A program made the position numbers and the translations under genes. Positions 39,295 through 53,047 of a stretch of 64,000 nucleotides of DNA are shown piece by piece. The stretch is from assembly GCA_024679065.1 (NCBI GenBank), contig JAGIQG010000007.1:29326001-29390000 (forward strand), read 5' to 3'. Source of the stretch: Sphyrna mokarran. Taxonomy: Eukaryota. A model generated the notes under the pieces. It worked only from the letters and a program-made list of their open reading frames with translations, ran no database searches and was not told where the DNA came from. The stretch's first letter is position 1; each line of letters starts with the position of its first letter.

Positions 39295-42200
39295 AGATGG
39301 AAAAGGATGCTTGTTGCCCTAGGGGCAGGGTGCTGAATTGGGGGAAGGCTAACAACAGTCAGATTAGGCAGGAACTTATGGAAACTGATTGAGAACGGTT
39401 GTTCGAGGGCAAGTCCATGCTAGGCAAGTGATAGTCTTTGAAGGGAATACAGAAAACGTTGCAAGTAAGATATGTGCCGGCTAAGAGGAAAGATGGGAAA
39501 GGAAGGATTAGAGAGCCGTGGATTACTAGGGATATTGAGGACTTGGTTAGGAAGAAAAGAGAGGCGTATTTTAGATCAAAACAGCTGGGAACGGAGAGAG
39601 CGTTGGAGGAATATAGAGAAAGTGGAGAGAGCTCAAACGGGGAGTTAGAAAGGCAAAAAGGGGGCATGAAATGGTTTTGGCGGATAGGATTAAGGAAAAT
39701 CCAAAGGCTTTTTACTCCTATGTTAGGAATAGGAGGGTGGTTAAAGGAAAAAAAAAAAAATCGGACCTCTTAGGCACAGAGGAGGGGAACTGTGCTTAAA
39801 GCCTGAGGGAATGGCGGAGATCCTGAATGAATACTTTGCGTCAGTATTCACGAAGGAGAGGGGCTTGTTGACTGGTCCTGAGTTTGAGGGAGCTGTGGAC
39901 CAGTTGAGGGAGGAAGTGTTAGAGCTTCGAGGTAGCATTAAAACTGATAAATCTCCGGGGACTGTTGGCATTTATCCCAGGCTGCTCAGGGAGGTGCGAA
40001 GTGAATTTGCTGGGCCTCTGACGCAAATCTTTGTCTCTTCTTTGGACACAGGTCGGGTCCCAGAGAACTGGAGAATAGCTAATGTTGTACCGTTGTTTAA
40101 AAATGGTAGTAGGATTAACCCTGGAAATTATAGGCTGGTGAGTTTGACATCAGTGGTAGGGAAGCTGTTGGAGGGGATTCTTAAGAGATAGGATGTATAG
40201 ACACTTAGAGCGTTGTGATCTGATTAGGGATACGCAGCATGGCTTTGTTAAAGGGAGGTCGTGCCTTATGAATCTGGTAGAAATTTTTGAGGAGGTGACG
40301 AAAACGGTCGACGAAGGGCGAGCCGATGATGTCGTCTATATGGATTTCAGTAAGGCGTATGACAAAATCCCTCATGGGAGGTTAGTTGAAAAGGTCAAGG
40401 CTAATGGGATACAAGGACAAGTAGCTAGATGGATAAGTAACTGGCTTGGTAATAGGAGACAGAGTAATAGTGGAAGGGTGTTTTTCTAGCTGGAGGTTGG
40501 TCACTACTGAGTGACTTGGACAAGTTGCAGAGCTGGGCCGAGAGGTGGCAAATGGAGTTTAGTGTGGAAAAGTGTGAGGTAATGCACTTTGGCAGGAACA
40601 ATAAATGTGTAGAGTATAGGGCTAATGGTAGGGCTCTTAATAGTGTTGAGGAACAGAAGGATCTTGGTGTATGTGTCAATAGATCCCTGAAAGTAGGCAG
40701 TCAAGTGGATAAAGTTGTTAAGAAGGCATATGGAGTCTTAGCTTTTATTGGTAGGGGGATTGAATTTAGGAGCCGCAGCATCATGTTGCAACTGTACAAA
40801 ACTCTAGTGCGGCCGCACTTGGAGTATTGTGTGCAGTTCTGGTCGCCACATTATAAGAAAGATGTGGAGGCATTGGAGAGGGTACAGAGGAGGTTTACCA
40901 GGATGTTGCCTGGTATGGAGGGCAGGTCCTATGAAGAGAGGTTGAAGGATTTGAGGTTGTTTTCGTTAGAAAGGAGGCGGCTAAGAGGGGATCTTATTGA
41001 AGCATATAAGATGATTAGAGGTTTAGATAGGGTGGACAGTGATAGCCTTTTTCCTAGGATGGAGAAAGCTAGCACGAGGGGACACAGCTTTAAATTAAGG
41101 GGTATGAGTTATAGGACGGATATCAGAGGTAGGTTCTTTACTCAAAGAGTGATTAGGGAGTGGAATGCCCTGCCTGCAGCTGTTGTAGATGCGCCAAGTT
41201 TGGTGGCGTTTAAGAGGTTAGTTGATAAGTATATGGAAGAGAAGGGAATGGTTTAGTTTGGAGGGGCATTGCTTTTTATTTTGGTCGGCACAACATCGAA
41301 GGCCGAAGGGCCTGTTCTGTGCTGTATTGTTCTATGTTCTATGTTCTACTGATGGGCTGCAGGGCTCGTTATTGGGACTTCTATTTGTAATATATATAAA
41401 TGACTTGGAAGAGGGAGTAAGTGGAGTGATCAGCAAGTTTGCAGATGATACAATGATGGCTGGACTTGCGGATAGTGAGGAGTATTGGCAGGCGATGCAG
41501 CAGGACATAGATAGGCTGATAACTTGGGCAGATAGATGGCAGATAGAATTCAATCCTGATAAATACGAGGTGATGCATTTCGGGAGAAAGAATGTTGGGG
41601 GGAGGTACGTGATAAAGGGTAGACTATTAAGAGTACAGAAACGCAGAGGGACCTGGGGGTGCAGGTGCACAAGTCTCTGAAGGTGGCAGAGCAAGTGGAG
41701 AAGGTTGTGAAGAAAACATATGGTGTGCTAGCCTTTATAGAAAGGGATATAGAGTACAAGAGCTGGCCTTTAATATTGCAGTTGTATAAAATGTTGGTTA
41801 GATCTCATTTGGAATACTGTGTCCAGTTCTGGTCGCTTTACTACCGGAAGGACGTGGAGACTCTGGAAAGAGCGCAGAGGAGGTTTACCAGGATGCTGCC
41901 TGTTATGGAAGGTCTGAGTTACCCAAAGGTTAGGCAAATTGGGGCTGTTTTCTTTAGAAAGAAGTAGACTTGGAGGAGATCTAATAGAGGTGTACAAGAT
42001 TATGAGGGGTATAGATAGAGTAAACAGGGTTAAGCTTTTTCCTAGGATGGACTCAAATAGCACGAGGGGTCACGGGCTTAGAGTGAGGAGGTAAGGTATA
42101 ATTTGCATGCTAGAGGGAGTTTTTTCACACAGAGTGATGGGGGTATGGAATGCGCTGCCAAGTAAAGTGGTGGAGGCAGACACTCTGGAGTTATTTAAGA

Positions 42201-42745
42201 GTTACTTAGATGGGCACATGAACAGAATGGGAATGGAAGGGTATAGAAAACTGATTTAAAATAGGGATCATGAGCCTTCAGAGTCCCTGTGAAGTGTGTG
42301 AACAGACGATGATATTGATGTATTTGTTTTTATCCTACAGGTGCTTTGGTGCATCTTGTTGTCTAACAAGGGGCATACACGTGATGAGTCGTGAGAGGGT
42401 TGCTCTTGGATTTTGAGAATATCCTAGTGCTTCACGTCATTAGTGTACGCTTGATCTGTACGCTGTGCTATGCGGATACATGGATTTGGGCCTGTGTCTG
42501 TGGGAGTTTGCGCATTCTTCCCGTGCTTGCGTGGGTTTTCTCCGGCTGCTCCGGTTTCCTCCCACATCCCAAAGATGTGCTCTTAGGCTAATTGGCAGAA
42601 CAAATTCTCCCTAAATTGTCTCAAATTTGGTTTCAATCCATACATCTATAAACACAGACAGGGATCACAGGTAGAAGTGGGAACATCGAGGTGGCAGCAC
42701 GGGCTCATTGGGCCTGTTTCCCGTGCTGTTTTCGTTCTTTGTTCA
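39295..42745 (+). mobile_element. CR1 LINE subfamily B (long 3'UTR with V-domain), interrupted by a subfamily A copy
   Basis: ORF2 pieces 39438-40489 and 41350-42250 (LNEYFASVFT, QHGFVKGRSC, SKFADDT); 3'UTR similar to 51230-51702. Confidence 0.9.
40511..41345 (+). mobile_element. Young CR1 subfamily A, nested
   Basis: Uninterrupted 246-aa ORF 40516-41256; 7-bp TSD ctactga (40504-40510, 41346-41352); (ttctatg)n tail. Confidence 0.95.
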
Positions 42746-44255
42746 CTAGGGCTTCATATAAGGCTATTTGACAACTTAAATGAGGAGGTTTGATATTATA
42801 AAAAAGAGGGGTTAATTGGAGTGGTAGGCCCAAATAGCAGGTTGTGAAGATTATACCAGCACTTAAAAACATGGTAAGCAAACCATATGTTTATTCTTTA
42901 ATAAACCTGGAATCATATACAGAATCTTGCATTCTGCATAACTAATTGAAGTAAATACGAGTTACCTTGTACCTCAAATGCTCTTTTGTGATTGAAGGCC
43001 TAGAGGAATAGAATATAGCCCAATCAAGAATGGCAACGTGAATGGCTATGACAAGCCTGACAGAGCTATCACATCCGACGGTCAATTATGATGAGTGGAT
43101 ATATCGATGACATATACTCTGAGGAGTCTAGCAAATGGAAAGATACAACAATTGTGGATTGGGAGGAAAAGCCACCGATATATTTGAATATTGGCTGAAT
43201 ATTCAGGGTGATGACCAAGAGATTTAGTCTATAAGCCAGAAGAGTGGGATGGAAGAATAAAAAATAATGAAGCACAGTGCAAGTAGAAGATGGGTCTCAA
43301 TTTTTGTATCAGAAAACAATTAAGTAAAACTCTCTGAAAGTATACAAGGGTGATCTCACGGGCATAATAAAGTGCAAGGAGAGGCTGGAACTTTATTCAC
43401 CAATAAAACAAAGTCAAGGAACACTCTTGGGATTGAATGAGAAGTAGATGTTCTCATGTTCTTGAGGTTTTGGTGGCTGCCAATAAACACAAGGATAACC
43501 TAAGAGGAAAAGCAAAGTTAATTAGATAGTTGTTTATTTTAGATAGAAGTTTATTTTTAAGTTCCAGGTAAGAGGCAACCAACTTTGTCATTTGGGTAAA
43601 TTTGTATGAAATAGCTTCTTGAAAATGGGATTTTGAAAGCAAAGGTAGGGCAAGTTGCGAGGTGTTTTTGAAGAGTGGCAGTTGTTAGAGAGCAGACTTT
43701 CCCATGGCTGGAAAAGTCTTCTTTAGCTTTTTTTGCATACGTACTCTTGACTGAATTAATTGACATAAAAGCCGCATTTCTAAGGATAATGCTTTTCAGA
43801 AAGAAGTAAGTATTTCTGGAACGGTTTTAAGAGGTAACAGATACAGAGGTAAAACCACGGAGACTAAATAAATATGTGCATGACTCACATGATATACCTA
43901 GATTGGTATTTTTCAACAAGCTCTGTTTTGGTGAAAAGACACTGGGGCTAATTTTACCAAAAAAAATTCTTAGTGCTGAACGGATGTAAAAATGGAAGAG
44001 AATCATGCTATTTTTTGGGCGAGCTCCCAGATGCGATTATATGGCACTTAAAAAAAAAGCAAATGATGATTCTCATCATTAGGAGGAGGGAGTAGAGCCT
44101 ATTTACAAGAGGATGCCACTGCTGAGCTTTCGGTCATGCACTGTGCAGTGTAATCTGTCATTCTTTTCCATCCCCTCAATTCCCTGACTGCCACCCTAAT
44201 TCTCACAGCCCCCCAACCCAGCTTATTGCCACTCTCTCCCCAGATCCACTCCCTT

Positions 44256-45040
44256 TAGAACACAGAACATAGAACATAACAGCGCAGAACAGGCCCTTTG
44301 GCCTTCGATGTTGCGCCGACCAATTAGTAAAAAGCAATGACCCTCTAACCTAAACCATTCCCTTTTCATCCATAAACTTATCTACTAACCTCTTAAACGT
44401 CACCAAACTTGGCGCATCTACAACTGCAGCAGGCAGGGCATTCCATACCCTTACCACCCTCTGGGTAAAGAACCTACCTCTGACATCCGTCCTATAACTA
44501 CCACCCCTTAATTTAAAGCTATGTCCCCTCATGCTAGCTTTCTCCATCCTAGGAAAAAGGCTTTCACTGTCCACCCTATCTAAACCTCTAATCATCTTAT
44601 ATGTTTCAATAAGGTCTCCTCTTAGCCGCCTTCTTTCTAACGAAAAAAACCTCAAATCCCTCAGCCCCTCTTCATAAGACCTGCCCTCCATATCAGGCAA
44701 CATCCTGGTAAACCTCCTCTGTACCCTCTCCAATGCCTCCACATCTTTCCTATAATGCGGGGGCCAGAACTGTACACAATACTCCAAGTGCGGCCACACT
44801 AGAGTTTTGTACAGTTGCAACATGATGTTGAGGCTCCGAAATCCCCCGACCAATAAAAGCTAAGACTCCATATGCCTTCTTAACAACCTTATTGACTTAA
44901 TTGCCAACTTTCAGGGATCTATGCACATATATACCAAGATTCCTCTGTTCTTCAACACTATTAAGAGTCCTACCATTAGCCCTATACTCTACACATTTGT
45001 TATTCCTGCCAAAGTGAATTACCTCACACTTCTCCGCATT
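44256..45040 (-). mobile_element. Young CR1 subfamily A
   Basis: ORF 44350-44853 nearly identical to the 27321 and 40516 peptides; agaacatagaac tail. Confidence 0.95.
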
Positions 45041-45399
45041 GGTCGATTGCTGCCCTGATCGCTATGCCCAAACCCCCCCAGCCAGTCCTCTATGCAGAGT
45101 ATCCGTCCTGTGGAGCTCCCCTCCCTCCCCAACATAGGGAAGAGGGGGTGGCCTTAGATCCCACAGTGGGGAACCGCCTGGCCCTGCCCCTGAGCACCTG
45201 GTGGGGGGTGGGTCTTCCAGTTGGCAGAGACCATACGTGATCCTCAAAGGTGAAGATCTCTACTGGCGGGCAGGCAAGAACAGTTGAGCCTGGACATGAG
45301 GCTGAGTTCACTGGCAATTTAGCACTGTTAACATTTTGAGGTGCAAAAAACTTTGATAAGCCAGCAAGAACGCCCCCATTGTTTTCAACCAAAAGCAGA

Positions 45400-46340
45400 T
45401 CTAGCAATGTTTTATTTGTATCATGCATGTATGTTAACAGAAAGTGTGATGAATGCATGATGTAGTACCAGTAACAGAGATATGGTTTAAAAATGGTGTG
45501 CACAGAGTGTTTCACATTGAAGGGTACAAGTGTTTTGTAAAGACAGAGGGAAAATGGATATCCTTGAGGGTGGCAAATTTAGAATCTACAGAATCTATTT
45601 GGAAAGAGTTCAGAAGCAGGAAAGGTATGAGCAAACTACTGGGAATATTCTACAGATCGCGAAATAGTGAGTGCATGCAAGAGAGAGTATGCATGTGAGT
45701 TGCATATGTGCTCTCACACATGAGAAGAAAATCTGCAAGGGAAATGCAGAAACGCAAGCACTATAGAGTGGTGTTGTTGTGGGACTTTAATTATCCAAGA
45801 CAACAATTGGGTTACGTTAGAGAAAGGTTAAAAAAGAAACAAATTATGAAATTAGTTCATGAGAATCTCCTAGAACATTATATTCCTGTCCAAACACGAA
45901 GGAGGCACAGCTGGATTTGGTGCTGTCAAACTAAGTGACTCAAACTGATCAGGAATCAATACAAGAAAAATTCAGTAAGGATGAACATATTAGGCTTAGA
46001 TTAGTCATGCAGAAGAATAAAGAATGTAGAACCTCTAAACTGGAGGAGCACTAATGTCATTGAGGTGGGAGGTGATCTGGCCAGCATAAAATGGAACAAA
46101 TCTGACAGAGGAAACTGCAGCTTTAAAGAGATGACTTTTCAGGTACAAACTAGATACATTCTAACAAAAGGAAAAGGTAGGCAACCAAGGCCACCAACCT
46201 TCAGTAAAGAAATAGAGTATATAATGAAATAAAAAGAGGGTGTATATTGCAAGTCAGGCAAATTCTTCCAACCCAGAACCATGGTAATTACCATGATTTG
46301 AGCTGGGAAGGGAAAAATAAATAAAACTGTCAAAGAGGGA
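45400..46340 (+). mobile_element. Decayed CR1 ORF2 endonuclease fragment
   Basis: VTEIWF...STESIW.E...LLGIFYR and WDFNYP motifs in ORFs 45453 and 45708. Confidence 0.7.
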
Positions 46341-46599
46341 AAGAGAGAATAGAATAGTAGTTAATACACCATCCATTATTTCTACCATCTTTCCTTCCAT
46401 CCATACTATGTCAGTATCCAATTGCTTAGTAAATGCCAACTTAAAGTACTCATTAAAAAAGATTCTAGCCTTGTTGTATTTCTGTCTCAGGTGTTAAATA
46501 GTTGCCAGCAATATTGCTGAAAAAAGGAACACGTTACTAAGATCTTGAAATCCAAGGCAAAGGTGCACAAGTTCTCAAAGAGGCTACTCTACCCTGAAT

Positions 46600-47530
46600 A
46601 TACTGTCAGCGTTCCAGACCAAGGAATACCTTCAGCGACAAAAGGATCAACGCTCTCATGTCTGTAAAGAGTTTGGTTTGAGGATCAGTAAGATTATTGT
46701 CATGCTGCAGGATGATGCCATTTATTATTAATAAAAATATGACACTGGAGGTTATTGATGGATTAACATATCTAGGCTCCACAACACCAGCACTCTGCCA
46801 CTTGGATGCTGAAATAAACACACACTTAGCAAAATAGTAATTATTGTGTCTGAGTGACAAAGTCTGGAAATAACAGCAACCTAACAGAAAACAGGGAAGT
46901 GTGAGTCTACAAAGCCTGTTTTCTCACTGAACTCCTGTGCAGAGATGCAATCTTGACAACATATTAAGAAAATTCACAACATCAGGTTAAAATCCAACAG
47001 GCTTATTTGGTAGCAAAAGCCACTAGTTTTAAGAGCGCATGCTGCCTCTTCGTCAGGTGAGGACTTTAACCTGGTGTTGTGAATCTTCTTACTGTGGTTA
47101 CCCCAGTCCAACACCGGCATATCCACATCACAACATACACTAGCCAGGAGAAAAGACTGAACAGTTTTATCCTTCACTATCTCAGCTTACCATCACCAAC
47201 AAAGGTCCTGGAGCATACCAATTCCATCACTATACACATATTGCTCTGTCAACAATGTCAGAACTGAATCAGCCATATTCATTGGGTGTACCGCTGTCAT
47301 CCCATACAAACAGTTTTTTCCACAGTCCCTGAGTCAAGACCTCCTGAGCATCCACACTCCCATTACAAGGAGATTTACAAGCAAGATAGGAAGATGGTGG
47401 GCACTGACAACAACAGGGAGACAATTGTGACTTCTGGAGGTTAACTGAATGGAAGAGGCAAGCTGGCTAAGACCCCCTAGATGTTTGCAAATTCTCAGCC
47501 TACTGTCTTCCTCTGCAGTAAATATGGCAT
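46600..47530 (+). mobile_element. Decayed RTE-clade LINE RT fragment, interrupted by a PLE element
   Basis: TYLGSTT...LDAEINTHLAK and TTYTSQEKRLNSF.L motifs typical of RTE ORFs. Confidence 0.6.
46964..47129. mobile_element. PLE-derived fold-back element with decayed hammerhead
   Basis: 8-bp TSD acaacata (46956-46963, 47130-47137). Inverted arms cacaac..caggttaaa / tttaacctggtgttgtg. Minus strand CAC-CTGACGA-A...TAAAACTAGTG. Confidence 0.72.
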
Positions 47531-47534
47531 ATCC

Positions 47535-47632
47535 ATTCGCCTGACAAAGGGGCAAATGCTGAAAGTTTGCGAGTTTACTATCAAATAAATCAGTTGGACT
47601 TAAACCTGGTGTTGTGAGACTTCTCACTGTGC
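47535..47632 (+). mobile_element. PLE terminal fragment
   Basis: cctgacaaagg...gaaagtttgcgagtttactatcaaataaatcagttggacttaaacctggtgttgtgagacttctcactgtg. Confidence 0.6.
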
Positions 47633-50347
47633 ATATCCTCTCATGCCAGAGTTGGGCTTCTGAGCCACATCAGAAAATGCTTAACATAGGTTGACATATG
47701 CTATACAAATTGACAAATGCTTAACATAGGTATAACTATCTTATAAGATGCAAGGATACCACTGTTACAATGACTCAGAACTAGCCACTTATGCAGGTAG
47801 TGGAAGTGAAGACAAACAATGCTTTCAAAAGGAAACTAAACTTGCTGGGCTATAGCGATAGAATGGAGTATCCATGTGGTTCTGGTCACCTTACATGCAT
47901 TCAAAGAAGATTCACGAGGCTGATTCCTGGGATGATGAGTTGCACCTATACTATTTGAATTTGGAAGAATGAGAAGTGATCTTACTGAAACATAAGAACC
48001 TGAGTGGCCTTATCAGAGTAGATGCCAGGAGGATGTTTCCCTTCATGGGAAATTGCTGGTAAATTTTCTGGTTTACAAATTGCTGGTGGAAATTTGAAAA
48101 TCCTTCAGATCTAAACAAGGTAAAATGAGGTCCCTTAATGGGGCTAGCGAGAAGATGAATTTAGGGCAGTTAATAAGCCAGTCCAGACCTTTTTTTTTTA
48201 AAAAAGAGGTAGAGACTATAAAAACTTGTCAGCATGTTAGCACAGAGTGCCATTTTGCTCTGGGTATTTGGGAGTTATGTATGACAGAAGAAGATGGAGA
48301 GAGAAGAAGATGTGTCCTGTTTTCTCTTTAGATGTCAAGGCAGGAGTACTGAACATATCCGTGTGATATCACAGGTAAGTGACTGATACCGAGCTCTTTT
48401 CTCTTCTACCTTTCTGACTTTGGAAGTGAAGACTAGATAAAGAAACAAGAATTGCAGAAAGTAAAGATTAGTGATTTAAATAAAGACCAATTTAAATTCT
48501 AAATTAAATAAATTTTAAACAAAATAGGGATGCAGGACCACGTGATGTGCTGTAGCGACAACATGTGAAAACTGGCAGACCCCAATGTGGTTCATAGCCA
48601 CCAGGTCTGCAGCAAATGTTGGTTGCTTGAGAAACCTCAGCTCAGAGCTAGTGAGCTGGAGTCTGAGCTTTGGACAATGCAACGCGCCAGGGGGAACAAA
48701 AACAATACAACACAGGAACCATCCTTTCAGCCCTCCAAGCCTGCGCTGCTCATGCTTCTAACTAGACTATTTGTTTGTATCCTTCCATTCCCAGTCTGTT
48801 CATGTGGCTATCCAGATAAGTTTTAAACGATCCCAGCGTGTCTGCCTCTACCACTTTGCTTGGCAGTGCATTCTAGGCCCCCACAACTCTCTCTGTAAAA
48901 TACGTCCCTCTGACATCTGAGAGCAAGAGTTACCTGGATGTTACGTTCCAGGAGGCAGTCACACTCCTTAGATTAACTGCTTTAAATTCAATAATCAGAG
49001 ACAGGTGAGTGTGACTGTCAGTGTGGCAGGTAGAGGCATCCAAGAGTTAGCACTGTCAAAGCCTCAGCCCTTGTCACTGGCCAACAGGTTTAGATTTTGG
49101 TCTCCTTGTGCAGATGAAAATGGGGACTATAGGGAGGATGAGCAAATTGACCACAGCACCATGGTTTTGGGAGCTATTCAAGTGGGGGGGAGAAAAGACA
49201 AATATAATTGTATAGTCAGGGAACAGACATTGTATTCTGGCTGCGGAGAATAGTCTCGAAGGCAATGCCACCTGCCCAGTGGCAGCGTTTGGGGACATAT
49301 GCTCTGGGCTAAACAAGATTTTGTAGTGATTATGTGGGTACCAATGACGTAGGTAGAAAGAAGACGGACGTTACATAAGGAAGTTTGAGGAGTCAGGCAA
49401 TAGAAAACAGAACCATTCAGGTTATAATCTCTGGTCTATCATCTGAGCCACATGCAAATTGGCAAAAGGTATATATAATTAGACAGATGAATACACAGTT
49501 TAGAAGACTAGTGTGGGAGACGTGAGTTTTGACTCATGGGGCACTGGCATCAAAACTGGGGAAAGTAGAGCCCTTAACTCTTGGATGGTTTACATCTGAA
49601 CTGTGCTGGGACAAGTATTCTTTTGGACTATATAAATAAGAAAGTAGACAGGTTTTAAACTAAATTATGGGGTTGATGGACCAGTTGCACGAAAAATTAG
49701 GAAGTCAAAGGTAGGAGTACAGATTAATAATGAGTCTGAGTGTCAACAGAAAGCAAAGAGTAGTGACAGATCATATGAAAGTCATGTTGCACCAAGGCCT
49801 CATACAAGAAGAGAGAAATTGGATAATTAAAAAAAGGCTTTGTATCTAAATACATGAAACATTTATGAACAAGTGTAGCAAATTAACAGCACAAATTGAG
49901 ACAAATGGGTATGACTTAATGGTGAATATGAGACGTGGTTGTGGAGAAAGCAGGTTTGGTAATCGAATGTACATGGTACTCAAGTATTTTGAATATACAG
50001 GCAGGAAGGAAAAAGAGGTGGCGTAGCTTTGTTAGTCAAGGATGTGATCCGTACTGTTATGAGAAATGTTACAGACAGTGGAGTCCCCAGATGTAGAATC
50101 AGTTTGAATAGAAATAAGAAATAGCAAGTCCCTGGTGGGAGTAATCTATAGGCCCCGAAGCATTAGTTCTGCAGTGGCACACAGTATAATCCAAGAAATA
50201 CTGAGGGCATGTAAGAAAGATACGGAAATGATCATGGGTGATTTCAATATGCATATGGACTGGAAGAATCAAATTGGCAAAGATAGCGTCAAGGGACAAT
50301 TCATTGAATGGATTTGTGATTTTCTTTGGAGCAGTATGTTATGAAAC

Positions 50348-51702
50348 AATATATGAAAGCAATATATAAATGACTTGGAAGAGGGAGTAAGTGCAGTGAT
50401 CAGCAAGTTTGCAGACGATACAAAGATGGTTGGACTTGTGGATAGTGAGGAGCATTGTCAGGCAATGCAGCAGGACATAGATAGGCTGGTAGCTTGGGCA
50501 GACAGATGGCAGATGGAATTCAATCCTGATAAATGTGAGGTGATGCATTTTGGGAGAAAAAATGTAGCGGGGAGGTATATGATAAATGGTAGACCTATTA
50601 AGAGTATAGAAACGCAGAGGGACCTGGGGGTGCAGGTGAACAAGTCTCTGAAGCTGGCAGAGCAAGTGGAGAAGGTTGTGAAGAAAGCATATAATATGCT
50701 AGCCTTTATAGGAAGGGGTATAGAGTACAAGAGCTGGCCTTTAATGTTGCAGTTATATAAAACGCTGGTTAGACCTCATTTGGAATACTGTGTCCACTTC
50801 TGGTCGCCTTACTACCGGAAGGACGTGGAGACTCTGGAGAGAGTGCAGAGGAGGTTTACCAGGATGGTGCCTGGTATGGAAGGTCTGAGTTACGAGGAGA
50901 GATTAGGCAAATTGAGACTGTTTTCCTTAGAAAGACGTAGACTTAGAGATCATCTGATAGAGGTGTACAAGATTTTGAAGGGGATAGATAGAGTAAACAG
51001 GGCTAAGCTTTTTCCTAGGATGGACTCAAATAGCACGAAGGGTCACGGGCTTAGGGTGAGGGGGGGTAAGGTATAATTTGGATGCTAGAGGGAGTTTTTT
51101 GACACAGAGGGTGGTGGGGGTATGGAATGCACTACCAAGTAAAGTGGTGGAGGCAGGTACTCTGGAGGTATTTAATACTTAGATGGGCACATGAACAGAA
51201 TGGGAATGGAGGGGTATAGAAAACTGATTTAAAATAGGGATCATGTACTTGTTTTTATCCTACAGGTGCTTTGGTCCATCTTGTTGTCTAACGAGGGGCA
51301 TACACGCGATGGGTCGTGAGAGGACTGCTCTTGGACCTTTTTCGAGAGTATGCTACTGCTTCACATCGTTAGTGTATGCTTGACCTGGACCATCTGATGG
51401 GCAACACGACAGCACAGTGACTATAGCTGTGCTGTGCAGATACATGGATTTGGGCCTGTGTCTGTGCGAATCTGCGCATTCTCCCCGTGCTTGCGTGGGT
51501 TTTCTCCGGGAGCTCAGGTTTCATCCCACATCCCAAAGATGTGCTCTTAGGTTAATTGGCAAAACAAATTCTCCCTAAATTGTCTCAAATTTGGTTTTTA
51601 ATCCATAGATCTATAAACATGGACAGTGGGAACATCGAGGTGGCGGCGCGGGCTCATTGGGCCGAAGGGCCTGTTTCCCATGCTGTTTTGTTCTTTGTTC
51701 TT
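50348..51702 (+). mobile_element. CR1 subfamily B copy nested in the old CR1
   Basis: 233-aa ORF 50375-51076; TSD tgaaac (50342-50347, 51703-51708). The host reading frame QYVMK|LTTE*AILDL is restored on removal. Confidence 0.93.
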
Positions 51703-53047
51703 TGAAACTGACCACAGAATAGGCTATTCTAGATTTGATATTACATAATAAGTTAGAGCAAATAAATTGTGTCATAGTTGAGGATCCTTTAGGGAAGAAT
51801 GATTGTAATGTGTTAGAATTTCAAATTCAGTTTGAGGGTAAGAAACTGGAGTCCCAAAGTAACGTTTTGAATTTAAACAAAGGAATTACATAGGCATGAG
51901 GATAGATTTGGTCCTCGTGGACTGGTCAGAAGACTATAAGGTAGGCCAGCTGATGAACAGCAGCAGATATTTGAGATATTTTTGTCCTCCCAACTAGAAT
52001 ATATTCCAGAGAGGAGGAAAGGTGGTTAAAAGGGAGGAAAAAAATCTACCATGATTAAGCAAGGAAGTTAAGTGTAACAAAGACAAAAACTTAGGCATGC
52101 TGAATTGCAAAGGCCAATGGCAAATTGGCAGATCAGGAGGCTTTTAAAGATCGACAAAGAACCACTAAAAATAATAAAAAGAGCAAAGATAAATTATGAA
52201 AGAAAATTAACACAAAATATAAAAACAGATAGAAAAAGCGTCAGTAAGTATATAAGGAAGAAAACAGAAGATTAATTTGTTCCTTGGAAGAATCAATTGT
52301 GGGGAATACAGAAACGGCTGGGACATTAAAATAATATTTTGTTTCAGTTATCACAGTGGAGGACATGAGTATTATCCCAATAGTAAAAGAAAAAGCAGAG
52401 ATCATAGAAAGGAAGGAACGTAGAACTATTGTTATTACTAAGGAAAATGTACTGAGCAACCCTGACTGAAGGTAGTTGAGTGCCGAGGGCTTGACGGCCT
52501 CCATCCTAGGATCTTAAAGGAAATGGCATTGAGATAGCGGATCCATTGGTTCAATATTCGAAAATTTCTTGCATGTGGGAATAGTTCCAGTGGATCAGAA
52601 AAATGCCAATATAACCCACCTTATTCAAAAATGGAGAAAGGCAAAATGTAGGAAACTTCAGGCCAAATAGTTTAATATCTGCTGTGAGAAATTGTTAGAA
52701 TCCATTCCAGAGCAAATAATAACAGGACATTTCGATAATCAAAATGCAACCCATCAGAATCAGTGCAGTTTTATGAAGGGTAAATCATGTTTAACTAATT
52801 TACTCGAGTTCTTCAAAAATGTAACAAGCAAATGCATATAATGGTGATCATGTAGGCATTTGTTAAGGTGCCACATACAAGGTTAGTTCATATGAAATTG
52901 GAGATAATGTATTAGTTTTGATAGACGAGTGATTAATCAACAGAAAGCAGGGAGGCAGGATAAGTGGGTCTCAGGTTGGCAAGACATTACTAGTGGGTGC
53001 CACGGAGTTCTGTCCTTGGGACCCAATTATTTGCAATCTACACTGTA

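Noticed and set aside
43945-45395. Possible Harbinger-type non-autonomous element split by the 44256 CR1 (similar patch at 63410-63800)
   Set aside because: Terminal inverted repeats and TSD could not be confirmed by eye, so it was not listed as a feature.
47005-47062. Hammerhead in the 46964 element as an active ribozyme
   Set aside because: The GAAA core is mutated to TAAA and the stem III palindrome is altered; kept only as a relic.
47675-47731. 17-bp direct repeat aaatgcttaacataggt with a 23-bp spacer (CRISPR-like look)
   Set aside because: Only two units in eukaryotic DNA; best explained as a small duplication or repair scar.
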